64,000 bases of DNA from a virus, in IMG/VR virus record IMGVR_UViG_3300043409_001877, positions 77,495 through 141,494 of that record; one strand, given 5' to 3'. This document shows positions 37,927 to 48,184 of the stretch, piece after piece. The position numbers and the translations under genes were made by a program. The notes beneath the pieces were generated by a model. That model saw nothing but the letters and a program-made list of their open reading frames with translations. It searched no databases and was not told where the DNA came from. The stretch's first letter is position 1, and each line of letters begins with the position of its first letter.

Positions 37927-38574
37927 ATGGTTATTGGAATTACAATTAATAATATCCTTAGGGATCACATCACACAATTAAAAAAGGTTTATTATACCGT
38001 CACAGATGAGACGGCTATAGAACCTATAAACCCTTTTGATTTAGAGACTTCATTTCCAAACAAACAGTCAACTGAAATTGTTCAAGAATTTAAAGTTACT
38101 GATGATACTTTTTCAGAAGAATTAACATTAAACGAATTAGATGAAACTTTTAATGTATATGAATTTATATATAAAGAAGCTTCGTTTGAAATATTTGGTC
38201 GTTCAGAAGAATCTATTGACGGTTTAATCCGCATGTTAAAAGAGTGGGAGAAAAAATGGAAAGTTAAATTTGTTTTATTAAATAAAGAATCCCCAAGATC
38301 AAAATGTGCCACTCTATTTTTCTTATCTAAAAATGGATTTGATTTAGATACCATTTATTTCCCAACAAAAGATAAAGATTTTTGGAATAATGTTGAGGTT
38401 TTAATTACAGATAACCCTAAAATATTAAAGTGCAAACCAAAAGATAAAACATCAATCAAGATAATTAATGATTTTAATCTTGATATAAAATCAGATTTTA
38501 GTATTATTAGATTAGATAATAACACAAAAGAAATTAAGAATATAATAAAAACCATAAAAGAAAAAATTAAATAA
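37927..38574 (+). CDS. Degenerate HAD/5'(3')-nucleotidase-like protein
   Basis: VIGITINNILRD (DxD lost), ATLFFLSK and VLITDNP. Confidence 0.5.
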   Translation: MVIGITINNILRDHITQLKKVYYTVTDETAIEPINPFDLETSFPNKQSTEIVQEFKVTDDTFSEELTLNELDETFNVYEFIYKEASFEIFGRSEESIDGLIRMLKEWEKKWKVKFVLLNKESPRSKCATLFFLSKNGFDLDTIYFPTKDKDFWNNVEVLITDNPKILKCKPKDKTSIKIINDFNLDIKSDFSIIRLDNNTKEIKNIIKTIKEKIK

Positions 38575-38579
38575 AAAAA

Positions 38580-39656
38580 ATGGAAAAATTAGATGAAACG
38601 TTAAAAAACATTGATTTAGCGATTGAAAAAATTAAAAACAAAGAAAGCAAAATTGTTTTCTTATCACCAGACACAAAAGGAACTGCTAGAGCTAGTGTTG
38701 CTTACATTTACAGACAAGCGTTAACTTTGAAAAATAATGGCTACCACGTTAGTATTTTACATGAGAAAAATGACTACATGAAACCAGGTTCTTGGTTAGG
38801 TGAAGAGTATGATGCTTTAGAGCATAGCTCAATTGAAGATAATAATTTAACTGTTGGGCCTCAGGACTACATTGTTGTCCCTGAAATTTTTGGTAATGTT
38901 TTTGAACAAATCCAACAATTACCAATTGATAAAATTATTTTAGTACAATGTCACGATTATCTTTTAGATAGCTTCTCACCAGGTAAGTCTTGGTTAGATT
39001 TTGATGTTAACGAATGTGTTACAACATCAAAAACTTTAAGTGATATGATTGGAGAATTAGTTGGTATTGAAGGTGTTAAATTTGTTAATCCAGGTGTTCC
39101 TGAGTTCTTTAATAAATCAGACAAACCTCAAATGCCGATTGTGTCTATTCATTGTAGAGACCAAAGAAAAGCTGCTAAGATTATTAAAACCTTCTATTTG
39201 AAATATCCGTTATATCGTTTTATTTCATTTAAAGATATGCATAGTATGGGCGAAAAAGACTTTGCTAAAAATTTAAAAGAATGTGCATTATCTGTTTGGA
39301 TTGACGATGATAGTTCATTTGGTACATTCCCGATTGAGTCTATTAAATCTAATGTCCCAGTAATTGGTAAAGTGCCTAATATCATCCCTGAATGGATGAA
39401 TGACGATAATGGTATTTGGGTTTATGATGAGAATCAAATCCCTGATTTAGTTTTTAATTACATTAAAAATTGGATGGAAGATTCTTTACCTGATAACTTG
39501 TTAAAAGTTGCTGACACATTAAAAGATAAGTATACTATCGAAATTTTTGAAAAAGCAACGGTTGAAATGTATAATGATTTATTTGAAAAGAAATTAACCA
39601 AATTAAATACAATAAAAGAAAACTTAGAAAAAACTTTAGAAAAAAATGAAAACTAA
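38580..39656 (+). CDS. GT-B glycosyltransferase-like protein
   Basis: IVVPE, VWIDDDSSFGTFPIESIKSNVPVIG. Confidence 0.7.
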   Translation: MEKLDETLKNIDLAIEKIKNKESKIVFLSPDTKGTARASVAYIYRQALTLKNNGYHVSILHEKNDYMKPGSWLGEEYDALEHSSIEDNNLTVGPQDYIVVPEIFGNVFEQIQQLPIDKIILVQCHDYLLDSFSPGKSWLDFDVNECVTTSKTLSDMIGELVGIEGVKFVNPGVPEFFNKSDKPQMPIVSIHCRDQRKAAKIIKTFYLKYPLYRFISFKDMHSMGEKDFAKNLKECALSVWIDDDSSFGTFPIESIKSNVPVIGKVPNIIPEWMNDDNGIWVYDENQIPDLVFNYIKNWMEDSLPDNLLKVADTLKDKYTIEIFEKATVEMYNDLFEKKLTKLNTIKENLEKTLEKNEN

Positions 39657-40470
39657 TATAGACTTAACAGTAGTAATCCCTGTACATGCTGTTTCAGACC
39701 CAAATTTTAACCAATTATTAGATGCGGCTTTAATGAGCATTGAAAATAATGAAGTTCACCCAGAAAAAGTAATGATCGTAAGATGTGGTTGTGGTGATGT
39801 GAAAGAAATTGTTGATAATTTAGATAAATCTAAATACACATACAGCCTTGAAATTATTGAAAACACAACAGGTAAATCTTTTCAAAATCAAATGAATTAT
39901 GCTGCCACACAAGTGACAACAAAATACTTTAGTTTATTAGAATTTGATGACGAATTCTCAATCAATTGGTTTAAGAACGTAAAAATTTATAGTGAGGTTT
40001 ACCCTGAAACTGAAATGTTTTTACCAATCATCACAGATGTTACAGCTGAAAACAAATTTGTTGGTTTAACCAACGAAGCTGCTTGGGCTTTTAATTTCTC
40101 AGACACTTTAGGTCAGATTGACCATGAAGTTTTACTTGAATTCCCAAACATCAATCCCGATGGTATGGTTATCAATACAGAAACATTTAAAGCTATTGGT
40201 GGTTATAAACCATCTATGAGATTAACTTTTAATTACGAATTTTTATTACGCTTCACAAACAACGGTAGAAATATCATGGTAATTCCTAAAATGGGTTACA
40301 AACACATGAATATGCGTCCAACGTCATTATTTTGGGAATACAAAAACAGTTCGGATGAATCGGTTAAAGTGGAGCCAGATGAGGCTAGATTTTGGATGGA
40401 AACAGCAAAGAGCGAATTTTTTTACAAAGAGGATAGAAACATAAACTATGAGAAAAATGCTACAGCTTAA
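39646..40470 (+). CDS. GT2-family glycosyltransferase
   Basis: LTVVIPVH, LEFDD and F.AIGGYK..YEFLLR. Confidence 0.8.
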   Translation: MKTNIDLTVVIPVHAVSDPNFNQLLDAALMSIENNEVHPEKVMIVRCGCGDVKEIVDNLDKSKYTYSLEIIENTTGKSFQNQMNYAATQVTTKYFSLLEFDDEFSINWFKNVKIYSEVYPETEMFLPIITDVTAENKFVGLTNEAAWAFNFSDTLGQIDHEVLLEFPNINPDGMVINTETFKAIGGYKPSMRLTFNYEFLLRFTNNGRNIMVIPKMGYKHMNMRPTSLFWEYKNSSDESVKVEPDEARFWMETAKSEFFYKEDRNINYEKNATA

Positions 40471-40472
40471 AG

Positions 40473-41186
40473 ATGTCAAGACCAAAGAAAGACCGCAATT
40501 ATTATGGTGTAGATCAAGAAGCTGCGGTTGTTATTTTCTTAAACGCTAAAACAGTAGCGGAAAAAGAAAAGATTTATAGAGAATTCTTACAAGAACCAAT
40601 CAATAAAATGATTGAAAGTATTATTAGAACTTATAAATTATATAGACAATCCTATGAATTTAGAGATCTACATGCAGATACTTTATCATTTTTAATGACT
40701 AAATTTGATAAATTCAAACCAGAAAAGGGAAATAAATCTTTTTCATATTTTGGCACAGTATGTAAAAATTACTTATACAATGAGATGATGAAGGAGTATA
40801 AAAAAAATACGTCCTTCATTAGCATTGATGAAACCGAACAAGATTTTTTAAAAAGAGACGATTTATTATATCGAATTGATGACGGAGAATTAGATTTAAC
40901 AAATTTTATTGATAAATTAACATTTTCGATAAAAGAAGAATTAAATGAAGAGGGGTTAAATGACAACGAATTTAAAGTTGGTCACTCATTAGTTAAAATT
41001 TTAGAGGGATGGAAGGAATTGTTCACTCAAAATGAAACAAATAAAAATTCAACTAAATTCAACAAAAACCTTATTTTATTGTATATTAGGAACATGACGG
41101 GCTTAAATACTAAAGAAATTAGAAATAGCATGAAAAGATTTAAATCTTTATATGTCATTTTTAAGGGTAAATATTTAGAAGAATGA
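40473..41186 (+). CDS. Late-transcription sigma factor (T4 gp55-like)
   Basis: KFKPEKGNKSFSYFGTVCKNYL resembles the region-2 motif of gp55-family proteins; no region-4 HTH is evident. Confidence 0.7.
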   Translation: MSRPKKDRNYYGVDQEAAVVIFLNAKTVAEKEKIYREFLQEPINKMIESIIRTYKLYRQSYEFRDLHADTLSFLMTKFDKFKPEKGNKSFSYFGTVCKNYLYNEMMKEYKKNTSFISIDETEQDFLKRDDLLYRIDDGELDLTNFIDKLTFSIKEELNEEGLNDNEFKVGHSLVKILEGWKELFTQNETNKNSTKFNKNLILLYIRNMTGLNTKEIRNSMKRFKSLYVIFKGKYLEE

Positions 41187-41193
41187 TATTTAT
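41187..41193 (+). promoter_or_regulatory. Putative late promoter
   Basis: GA-TATTTAT-A upstream of 41211. Confidence 0.55.
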
Positions 41194-41210
41194 AGTTAAA
41201 CAATATCATT

Positions 41211-41588
41211 ATGATACAGAATCAAAAGAAAAAAAAGGTTGACGTAACCGAAGAAAGCATGAAAGAACTCATGCAAGAAACATACAACGAGATTGTTGAC
41301 GAGCGAAATAAAGCTCTCACAGCTTATAAAAAATTTAGTAAAGACATCAACGAAAACTCTGACATCGCACTAGTAGGTAAGATTACTAACGATTTACTTA
41401 AAATTATTGATGGTACAATAGAAAAAAAACTAAGATTAATTAAAATACAAAGCGATGTTCTCTATAAAAACGGTAAAACAACAGGTGAAGCTGCACCGTC
41501 AATGACTATAACTGAGGATGATCGTAAATGGGCTGAAGAGTTCATGAAAAGACAACCAGAAACTAATAACGAAAAAGAATACGAATAA
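41211..41588 (+). CDS. Hypothetical helical protein (possible terminase small subunit)
   Basis: 125-aa coiled-coil ORF; the function is a guess. Confidence 0.45.
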   Translation: MIQNQKKKKVDVTEESMKELMQETYNEIVDERNKALTAYKKFSKDINENSDIALVGKITNDLLKIIDGTIEKKLRLIKIQSDVLYKNGKTTGEAAPSMTITEDDRKWAEEFMKRQPETNNEKEYE

Positions 41589-41590
41589 TA

Positions 41591-43561
41591 ATGGGTCAAC
41601 AAAGCGAAATTTTTACTAAATACAGGTCATTATTTAACAGTAATAGTGTTAAAAAGGGTGAAAGTGAGACCAGTAGAAAGTTAGACAATATGGATTTTGT
41701 TGACTTTTTATTTGAGATGGTTCGTGCAACCAAAGGTCAAAAACAATTTAAGAATATAATATTAAAAGGTAGTTTATCTAAATTAAAGAAAGCTGACGAA
41801 TTAAATGATATTATAATAAAACAACTATTGGCTGATTTTGGTTGTGATGAAACCTTATTAATACCCACAAAATACACAACGAAGGCTACTATTGGCGTTG
41901 AATTAGATAAAGCTGAAGTTGACGCTTTTGGTTTATTGGGTGTTGATCCAGATAAAAAACCAGGTAATTATATTTACGAGGGTAATGACCCTAAGAAACA
42001 TATGAATTATGTTTTTTATAGGGCTCAAGGGGCTACAAGCAAAAACCCTTTAACTGTTAATTATAAAGATAGGGTTTTATATACGATATATTCCGTATCA
42101 CCAAATACATTTATGTTTAAATTTGGTGAATTTTATGAAAATAGATTATTTGGAGAATGGCTTAAAGATTACGTTACTTTAATAAATCCGATATTTAATA
42201 TGGTTAATTTTACGGCTATTTTAATTGATTTATTGACTGGTGCAATATCTTTAAAAGCTAAAAAAAATAAAGACGAAATAAAAAAAGAAAGTGGTATCAT
42301 TAAAGCTCTTCAAAAATTATTTGGTTTTTGTTCAGAAACGCCAACAAATAATGGTGATGCTTCTAAATCAGCTAATGATTTATTAAAAAATCAATTAGCC
42401 AATAATCCAAAATCTAATGGTGATGGTCAGACTGGCACCCAGGTTGGTTTTGGTGACCTAAACAACAATAATAATACTGGTGGTCAAGAGGAAACGGATC
42501 CGTTTAATTTTGATGCAACTGATTTGGATGAAATTGAAAGGGATGCTACTTTAAGATCTTCTGGTAAAATAAGATTCTCAACATGTGGTGATTTAGATAT
42601 TGATATTAACCCAGATGATATTATAGCTGGTTTAGATGAGTTATTTGCTAACTCTAATGCTAGTGAAATATATAGTTATGGTGACTCAAGTGTTGATAAT
42701 CAATTACCAAATACAAGTGATTTGCAAAACGCTAACATTGATGGTGCCCCTTATGACAATTCAAAAATAGACGCAAATGTAGATAAGGCTGCTGATTTTT
42801 TTGATAACGCCTTAAACCAAGGGGCTCAAAAAGCCTTAGATGGTGGTGAGGATAGTATTAAAATTAACTTACCAAGCATGAATGCTGAATTACAGTTAAA
42901 CATATTAAAAGCTATACCATACGCTTTAATGCGTTTAATTTTAACACCTAAATTATTACTAGTACCCAAATTACATTCTGTGTTAAGTGGTAACACAAGT
43001 AAACAACCAGTAGAAGATTTCATTAAAAAAATGAAAATTACAATTTCTAAAATTGGGGAAAAAATAACTAATTTATTAATACAAAACATATTTGATTCTA
43101 TTAAAGCCGATTTAATAAAATTAGGTAAAGATTTGATTAAAGAATATCTTAAACAACGAGGTCTTGATTTTACTGCGACTTATCAATCACTATTAATGTT
43201 ATTAAATTTATTTAAAGGTGGTGGTGGTGGTTGTGGTGGTGTGTTAGCTAAATTATTAAAATTACTTAACTTTGTACCACCAATACCTCAACCCCCAGTT
43301 CCACCACCATTAATTTTAGTCGGTGGGGCTATGAAGCCTGGTATGAATAAAGTAGCCTTAGTTAACGGTATCAAATCAAAATTAACTGAAAAAGGTATTG
43401 AAACAGCACCAACATTACCAGATGGTACACCAAACAATATGATGATAGCAATTGAAGTAACTGTGGGTGAAATGTTAACACATATAAAGACAAGCTCAAC
43501 AGTACAAACATTCGGTATAGGGCCTACAGGCCCTGTTGCTGGTTACGGACAAATACAATAA
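41591..43561 (+). CDS. Large hypothetical protein, probably baseplate/virion
   Basis: 656-aa ORF upstream of the spike-like gene; Gly run and Pro-rich C-terminal segment. Confidence 0.6.
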   Translation: MGQQSEIFTKYRSLFNSNSVKKGESETSRKLDNMDFVDFLFEMVRATKGQKQFKNIILKGSLSKLKKADELNDIIIKQLLADFGCDETLLIPTKYTTKATIGVELDKAEVDAFGLLGVDPDKKPGNYIYEGNDPKKHMNYVFYRAQGATSKNPLTVNYKDRVLYTIYSVSPNTFMFKFGEFYENRLFGEWLKDYVTLINPIFNMVNFTAILIDLLTGAISLKAKKNKDEIKKESGIIKALQKLFGFCSETPTNNGDASKSANDLLKNQLANNPKSNGDGQTGTQVGFGDLNNNNNTGGQEETDPFNFDATDLDEIERDATLRSSGKIRFSTCGDLDIDINPDDIIAGLDELFANSNASEIYSYGDSSVDNQLPNTSDLQNANIDGAPYDNSKIDANVDKAADFFDNALNQGAQKALDGGEDSIKINLPSMNAELQLNILKAIPYALMRLILTPKLLLVPKLHSVLSGNTSKQPVEDFIKKMKITISKIGEKITNLLIQNIFDSIKADLIKLGKDLIKEYLKQRGLDFTATYQSLLMLLNLFKGGGGGCGGVLAKLLKLLNFVPPIPQPPVPPPLILVGGAMKPGMNKVALVNGIKSKLTEKGIETAPTLPDGTPNNMMIAIEVTVGEMLTHIKTSSTVQTFGIGPTGPVAGYGQIQ

Positions 43562-43571
43562 TATTATATTT

Positions 43572-43790
43572 ATGAAAAACGAAAAATTACAAGAGCTTAT
43601 AGATACACATGGTAGCAAATCAAATAAAGATTTAGCTAATATTTTATTAACTTTAAAAGCTGATTTTGAAAATATAAAAAAAACAATTATTGAATTAACT
43701 GAAACTCTTGAAGAAGTTGAAGTAACTTACGATCACGTTTATAATGAACTGCAAAAAAGGTTAAAATTTAAAGATACGGATGAAAGCTGA
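43572..43790 (+). CDS. Small coiled-coil hypothetical protein
   Basis: ATG at 43572 (MKNEKLQELID...) is preferred over the overlapping TTG start in the track. Confidence 0.65.
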   Translation: MKNEKLQELIDTHGSKSNKDLANILLTLKADFENIKKTIIELTETLEEVEVTYDHVYNELQKRLKFKDTDES

Positions 43791-45447
43791 TTACGTTATA
43801 GGTATTTGTGTTAGTAATGACGATCCTAAAAATTTAGGGCGAATAAGAGCTATCCCTTTAACTGATTTGGGTACAAACGCTTCGTCAAACCAAGTTAAAA
43901 ATTATGTAGTACAACAAGACACTATGGCTGAGGCTTCTAAATTATACAAACCTTGGGTTATGACATACTCAACATCTGTTAATGGAGACGCTTACAGAGA
44001 AAAAGATAAATTTTTATGTGAACCGTACTTACCTAAAAATATTGGTTTAATACCAAATTTTGGTCAACTAGTTAAAATACTAAAGTATGATGAAAACACA
44101 CAACCCAATGAATTTATAGGGCCTTACACCATTGATCAAATCACATTAACAGAACAATTTTATGCTATTGTTAGTAACTTACAAAAAAATAATGATTTAG
44201 CAAGTGTAATACCTAATAAATCAAAAACATGGTTATCTGGTTATAAAAATGAACAAGTAATTGTTGGTGGTGATGAATTTATTGCACGTTTAGATTATAT
44301 TGGTTCGGATAAAACTAAAAAAACAACATACCCATTCATACAATTATCACAATTTAGTAATAGTTCTAAAATGGTTTTATTAACAAAATCTGTGGACGTA
44401 ACACCAGACCCTAGAATAGATTTTATATGTCAATTATATATTAATTACACACCAAAAACAACAGCAACTGATAAAAATATTATAGGTACAATTTTATTAT
44501 TTGATGCTAAAGTGTTAAAAAATTCACAAGGTACTATTGGCTTAACTAAAAAAACAATTTTACCTAAAAATGAATATATAACAAGGGGTTCCGATAATTA
44601 TTTAGTTAAACATTTAATAAATAGTAATGATTTTTCAAATTTTAAAGCTATAGTTGATAACATATTAAGATCCTACGAAAATAAAACTGAAGTAGCTTAT
44701 TTTAATATGAATGTAACATCAAATACTCAAAAAATAGAAGATGCTAAACACACAATTATTGTAACCAATAAAATACCAGATAGCCCAAATAGTGGTGGGG
44801 CTACATCACCCAGGAATATTGTCAGCGGATTAAAGAATTGGATATTTAGATTAAAACCAGATACTAATATTAATAATTACGTTGGTACTTTTACACAACC
44901 AAATTTACCAAATAATAATATTGAAACAATTAAATATAATGATTTTGTTGCGTTAGATTCTTTTATAACAAAGTATAAAAATTTTATTCCGTATGGAGCT
45001 GAATTAAAAAATAACACCCCAAAATTTGAAAACCAGACTACCTTCTACCCTGAACCAACAAATGAAAAACAATCAACGTATATAACATATAGTGATAAAT
45101 TTATATTTCTAAGTAGCAAAAAAAATCCAGATAAAATAAGCACTACCAACAATACTGATGGATTATCATCTGAAGATGTGGCTAAGCTTTTAAATAGGAT
45201 TGAGGATCCTAATAAAGTAAACCCCGATAAAACATATGGGGTTATTCGTGGTGAAAGGTTAATAGATTTACTTAAAAATTTACTTGTGGCGTTTAAAAAT
45301 CATGGGCATACGGCTGGAGTTCCAGTGGTTGGTTCTCTAGCTCAAACATCAATAATAGAAATTGATGCGATTTTAGAGAGTATAAACAAAGAATTAGATG
45401 TTAATTCAGATGGTATTATAATTAATCATAACTTTAGACATAATTAA
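43780..45447 (+). CDS. Baseplate hub/central spike protein (gp5/gpV-like)
   Basis: N-terminal GICVSNDDPKNLGRIRA OB-fold motif; C-terminal GE.L..LL..L...F.NHGH (HxH apex). Confidence 0.65.
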   Translation: MKADYVIGICVSNDDPKNLGRIRAIPLTDLGTNASSNQVKNYVVQQDTMAEASKLYKPWVMTYSTSVNGDAYREKDKFLCEPYLPKNIGLIPNFGQLVKILKYDENTQPNEFIGPYTIDQITLTEQFYAIVSNLQKNNDLASVIPNKSKTWLSGYKNEQVIVGGDEFIARLDYIGSDKTKKTTYPFIQLSQFSNSSKMVLLTKSVDVTPDPRIDFICQLYINYTPKTTATDKNIIGTILLFDAKVLKNSQGTIGLTKKTILPKNEYITRGSDNYLVKHLINSNDFSNFKAIVDNILRSYENKTEVAYFNMNVTSNTQKIEDAKHTIIVTNKIPDSPNSGGATSPRNIVSGLKNWIFRLKPDTNINNYVGTFTQPNLPNNNIETIKYNDFVALDSFITKYKNFIPYGAELKNNTPKFENQTTFYPEPTNEKQSTYITYSDKFIFLSSKKNPDKISTTNNTDGLSSEDVAKLLNRIEDPNKVNPDKTYGVIRGERLIDLLKNLLVAFKNHGHTAGVPVVGSLAQTSIIEIDAILESINKELDVNSDGIIINHNFRHN

Positions 45448-45460
45448 AATATTTATTAAC

Positions 45461-46969
45461 ATGGGAATATACCGCACATACTTTGACAAGAATAACACTA
45501 TAATTAAAGATTCTGATGTTAACACTGGTAGAAACCAGGTTTCTGAGTTATATTTTGGTGAAAATATCAGCAGACTTTTGTTTTATTGTTCATTTGATGA
45601 GCTTAAAAATAAGGTAGATGGTAAAGAAATTATATTGGAAAATAATGTTAAACATTATTTAAAAATAAAAAATACATCCAATTTTGATATAACAGCTTAT
45701 TTATCAGATAGTAATGATTTGGTATTTAGTGATAAATACAGATCATCATCTTTTGATTTGGAGTTAAGATCAATGAAAGAATTTTGGGATGAAGGTATGG
45801 GGTATGATTTTCAGTTAAGCCCAATAGCAAGACCCCAAGATAGAGATTTTAGCAAAGAACCGTCTAATTGGTTTAACGGTACTTTAGCCAAAACATTTTT
45901 AAACCCAGGTGGTACGTTATCAGACAACATAATAGGTACACAACATTTTGATAAAGGGAATGAAGATGTTCTAATTGATATTACTAGTTTTGTTAATGAC
46001 GTTCTAATCAATGGTATAACCACAGGAATAACCACAGGAATAACCACAGGAATAACCACAGGAATTACAACTGGTATAACTACTGGTATAACTACTGGGT
46101 CTACAATTACAACGGGCATAACCACAGGAATAACTACTGGTTATACAACTGGAATAACTTATAATTACCAAGGATTCTGTTTAAAATATACCGATACTTA
46201 TGAAACGTTAATTTTTGACGATTTAAGGTCTTATGTTTTAGGTTTATTCACAAAATACACACAAACGTTTTTTGAACCGTTTATAGAGACTGTTTATGAC
46301 GATCATATTAACGACAATAGAGTTGATTTTTATTTAAATAAAGTGAATAACTTATATCTGTATGTTAATGTGGATGGTGGCATGAGCAATCTCGATCAAT
46401 TGCCTGTGTGTAAAATAAATAATATCCCCTATACAGTTAAACAAAAAACAAAAGGTGTTTATTATGCTGAAATATTTGCATCTGGCGACACCTTTGATTC
46501 GTATGTTGAATATAACGATATCTGGTCTAACATTAAAATTAACGGTGTTAATAGACCAGATATTAGAATGAAATTTATACCTAAAGAAGATACCGATTAT
46601 TATCAAATAGGTTCTGATGTCATGGAACCAACAAGATACGGTATATCTTTAAGTGGTATTAAACGTGAAGAAAAAATAGGTCAGGGTGAGAAGAGAAAAG
46701 TCTACGTTCATTTAAGAAAACCATATACTGTCGAACAAAATGATGTTTTATCTAAAGTTTATTATAGATTATATATTAAACAAGGTGCTAATCAAGTTGA
46801 AATAGTTAATTGGCAAAATATTGATAAAACTTATAACTCAAATAGCTTTACTATTGATACAACATGGTTAGTTCCACAAGTTTATTATATCGACATCAAA
46901 GTTGAAAGAAATGGTGAACTCAACCAATATAATGAAGAGTTGAAATTCACAATAGTAAGTAAATTCTAA
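45461..46969 (+). CDS. Putative virion structural protein with GITT repeats
   Basis: WDEG.GYD, W.N, FFEPFIE..YDD.I.D.R; Ig-like C-terminus; TATTTAT at 45450. Confidence 0.65.
   Translation: MGIYRTYFDKNNTIIKDSDVNTGRNQVSELYFGENISRLLFYCSFDELKNKVDGKEIILENNVKHYLKIKNTSNFDITAYLSDSNDLVFSDKYRSSSFDLELRSMKEFWDEGMGYDFQLSPIARPQDRDFSKEPSNWFNGTLAKTFLNPGGTLSDNIIGTQHFDKGNEDVLIDITSFVNDVLINGITTGITTGITTGITTGITTGITTGITTGSTITTGITTGITTGYTTGITYNYQGFCLKYTDTYETLIFDDLRSYVLGLFTKYTQTFFEPFIETVYDDHINDNRVDFYLNKVNNLYLYVNVDGGMSNLDQLPVCKINNIPYTVKQKTKGVYYAEIFASGDTFDSYVEYNDIWSNIKINGVNRPDIRMKFIPKEDTDYYQIGSDVMEPTRYGISLSGIKREEKIGQGEKRKVYVHLRKPYTVEQNDVLSKVYYRLYIKQGANQVEIVNWQNIDKTYNSNSFTIDTTWLVPQVYYIDIKVERNGELNQYNEELKFTIVSKF
46013..46159 (+). 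repeat. 12-bp coding tandem repeat (Gly-Ile-Thr-Thr)n
   Basis: GGAATAACCACA and synonymous variants; about 11-12 units with GSTITT and GYTT interruptions. Confidence 0.95.
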
Positions 46970-47364
46970 TGGTATTAACGTATATAAACCCACTAAATAA
47001 AAATTACTTAGGTGAATACACTTACGAGTTTCTTTTTTCAAAGAATGTGGAGATAAACTTTGGTGACGACTGGGATGTTAATCCTTCTGCTAGTGGTAGT
47101 TTAACACCACCGCCAATTGATGACATTGAAATTGTCGCTTTGTTAAAAACAACTGAAATTGAATTAGATTTAGCTATAACATCAGATTATTTTTCAATGT
47201 ACGATTGTGTTGAAAATGTTGTTGCTATGGGTTGGGAAAAAGAATCCCCTGAGAATGATATTAGATTAGTGTTTCACTTTGGTGAATCATTAGAAAGTGT
47301 TAAAAATAAAATTTATAGTAGAGATAAAATAATGGAAATAGTAAAACAACCAGAAAATGAATAA
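46969..47364 (+). CDS. Hypothetical protein
   Basis: 131-aa coupled ORF. Confidence 0.7.
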   Translation: MVLTYINPLNKNYLGEYTYEFLFSKNVEINFGDDWDVNPSASGSLTPPPIDDIEIVALLKTTEIELDLAITSDYFSMYDCVENVVAMGWEKESPENDIRLVFHFGESLESVKNKIYSRDKIMEIVKQPENE

Positions 47365-48031
47365 AAATCAATTTATAAACAAATTAAAAGAAGCGGTAAC
47401 TAAAGGTGTTATGGATGTTGTGGCAGATCCACGTAAATTAGATCTAATAAATAAAAATTTAGATGCTTTAAAAGTAAAATTAACAGACATGGGCTTAGTT
47501 CAAGAAGAAATTGATGAAGCCTTGGATATGGGTAAAGATTACGATAACTCAACTGATTTTTACAAAGATATTATCGATCACTTGATGTATAAAAAATTTC
47601 GTCTCAGTTATTTTAACCCAGTTGAACATGAAAAACCTCGCTCATTGGAACCAGAAGATACCGATCCTCAATTAAAATTGGATTTTCAATCAGATAAAAA
47701 AGACGTTGAAGTGAAAAAAAACGAAACAAAACCAATATCTCAAATGTCGCAACAAGAATTCAGTGAATTTGAACTTAATATAACTGGTTATGGTTCTAGT
47801 GATTTATTATATGTGATCAGCCGAATCAAAAATGCACTTGGAAAAGAATATACTGAAAATAATGGTATAGGAAATCCATTAAAAGAACCTTATATTTTAT
47901 TACAAAACTTAAATAAATCAAAAATAAATGAAGAAAAGTTTGTAGATTCAGAAATTTTTCGTATCATTGCAGAGTCGGAAACACCGAAAATCTCAAAACA
48001 AGAGATTATTGATTATTTAAAAATTAAATAA
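47357..48031 (+). CDS. Hypothetical protein
   Basis: 224-aa acidic ORF overlapping the upstream stop. Confidence 0.7.
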   Translation: MNKNQFINKLKEAVTKGVMDVVADPRKLDLINKNLDALKVKLTDMGLVQEEIDEALDMGKDYDNSTDFYKDIIDHLMYKKFRLSYFNPVEHEKPRSLEPEDTDPQLKLDFQSDKKDVEVKKNETKPISQMSQQEFSEFELNITGYGSSDLLYVISRIKNALGKEYTENNGIGNPLKEPYILLQNLNKSKINEEKFVDSEIFRIIAESETPKISKQEIIDYLKIK

Positions 48032-48032
48032 A

Positions 48033-48149
48033 ATGAATACAACTAAAGAAACTGAAACACCAGTTATTACCCCAACGATCAATCCTACGCAGGATCCATC
48101 TAAGATTAAATTTCCAAAGCCAGCTATAAAACCAAAACCTCAGGCTTAA
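48033..48149 (+). CDS. 38-aa Pro/Thr-rich peptide (not in the ORF track)
   Basis: MNTTKETETPVITPTINPTQDPSKIKFPKPAIKPKPQA; starts 1 nt after the previous stop and precedes a terminator. Confidence 0.6.
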   Translation: MNTTKETETPVITPTINPTQDPSKIKFPKPAIKPKPQA

Positions 48150-48152
48150 AAA

Positions 48153-48184
48153 TTTGCGTATTAAATAAATTATTCTTATCTTTG
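48153..48184 (+). promoter_or_regulatory. Bacteroidota-type promoter
   Basis: TTTG-N20-TATCTTTG. Confidence 0.75.

Noticed and set aside
24582-40470. Glycosyltransferase region as a captured bacterial capsule/LPS locus or host flank
   Set aside because: It has no flippase, polymerase, export or initiating transferase, is interleaved with dut, phoH and a gp55-like gene, and is flanked by phage genes on both sides.
45811-46125. Minus-strand ORF with VVIP repeats
   Set aside because: It is the antisense reading of the GITT repeat.
46013-46159. Possible CRISPR array
   Set aside because: The 12-bp units are contiguous with no spacers and lie in frame within a gene.
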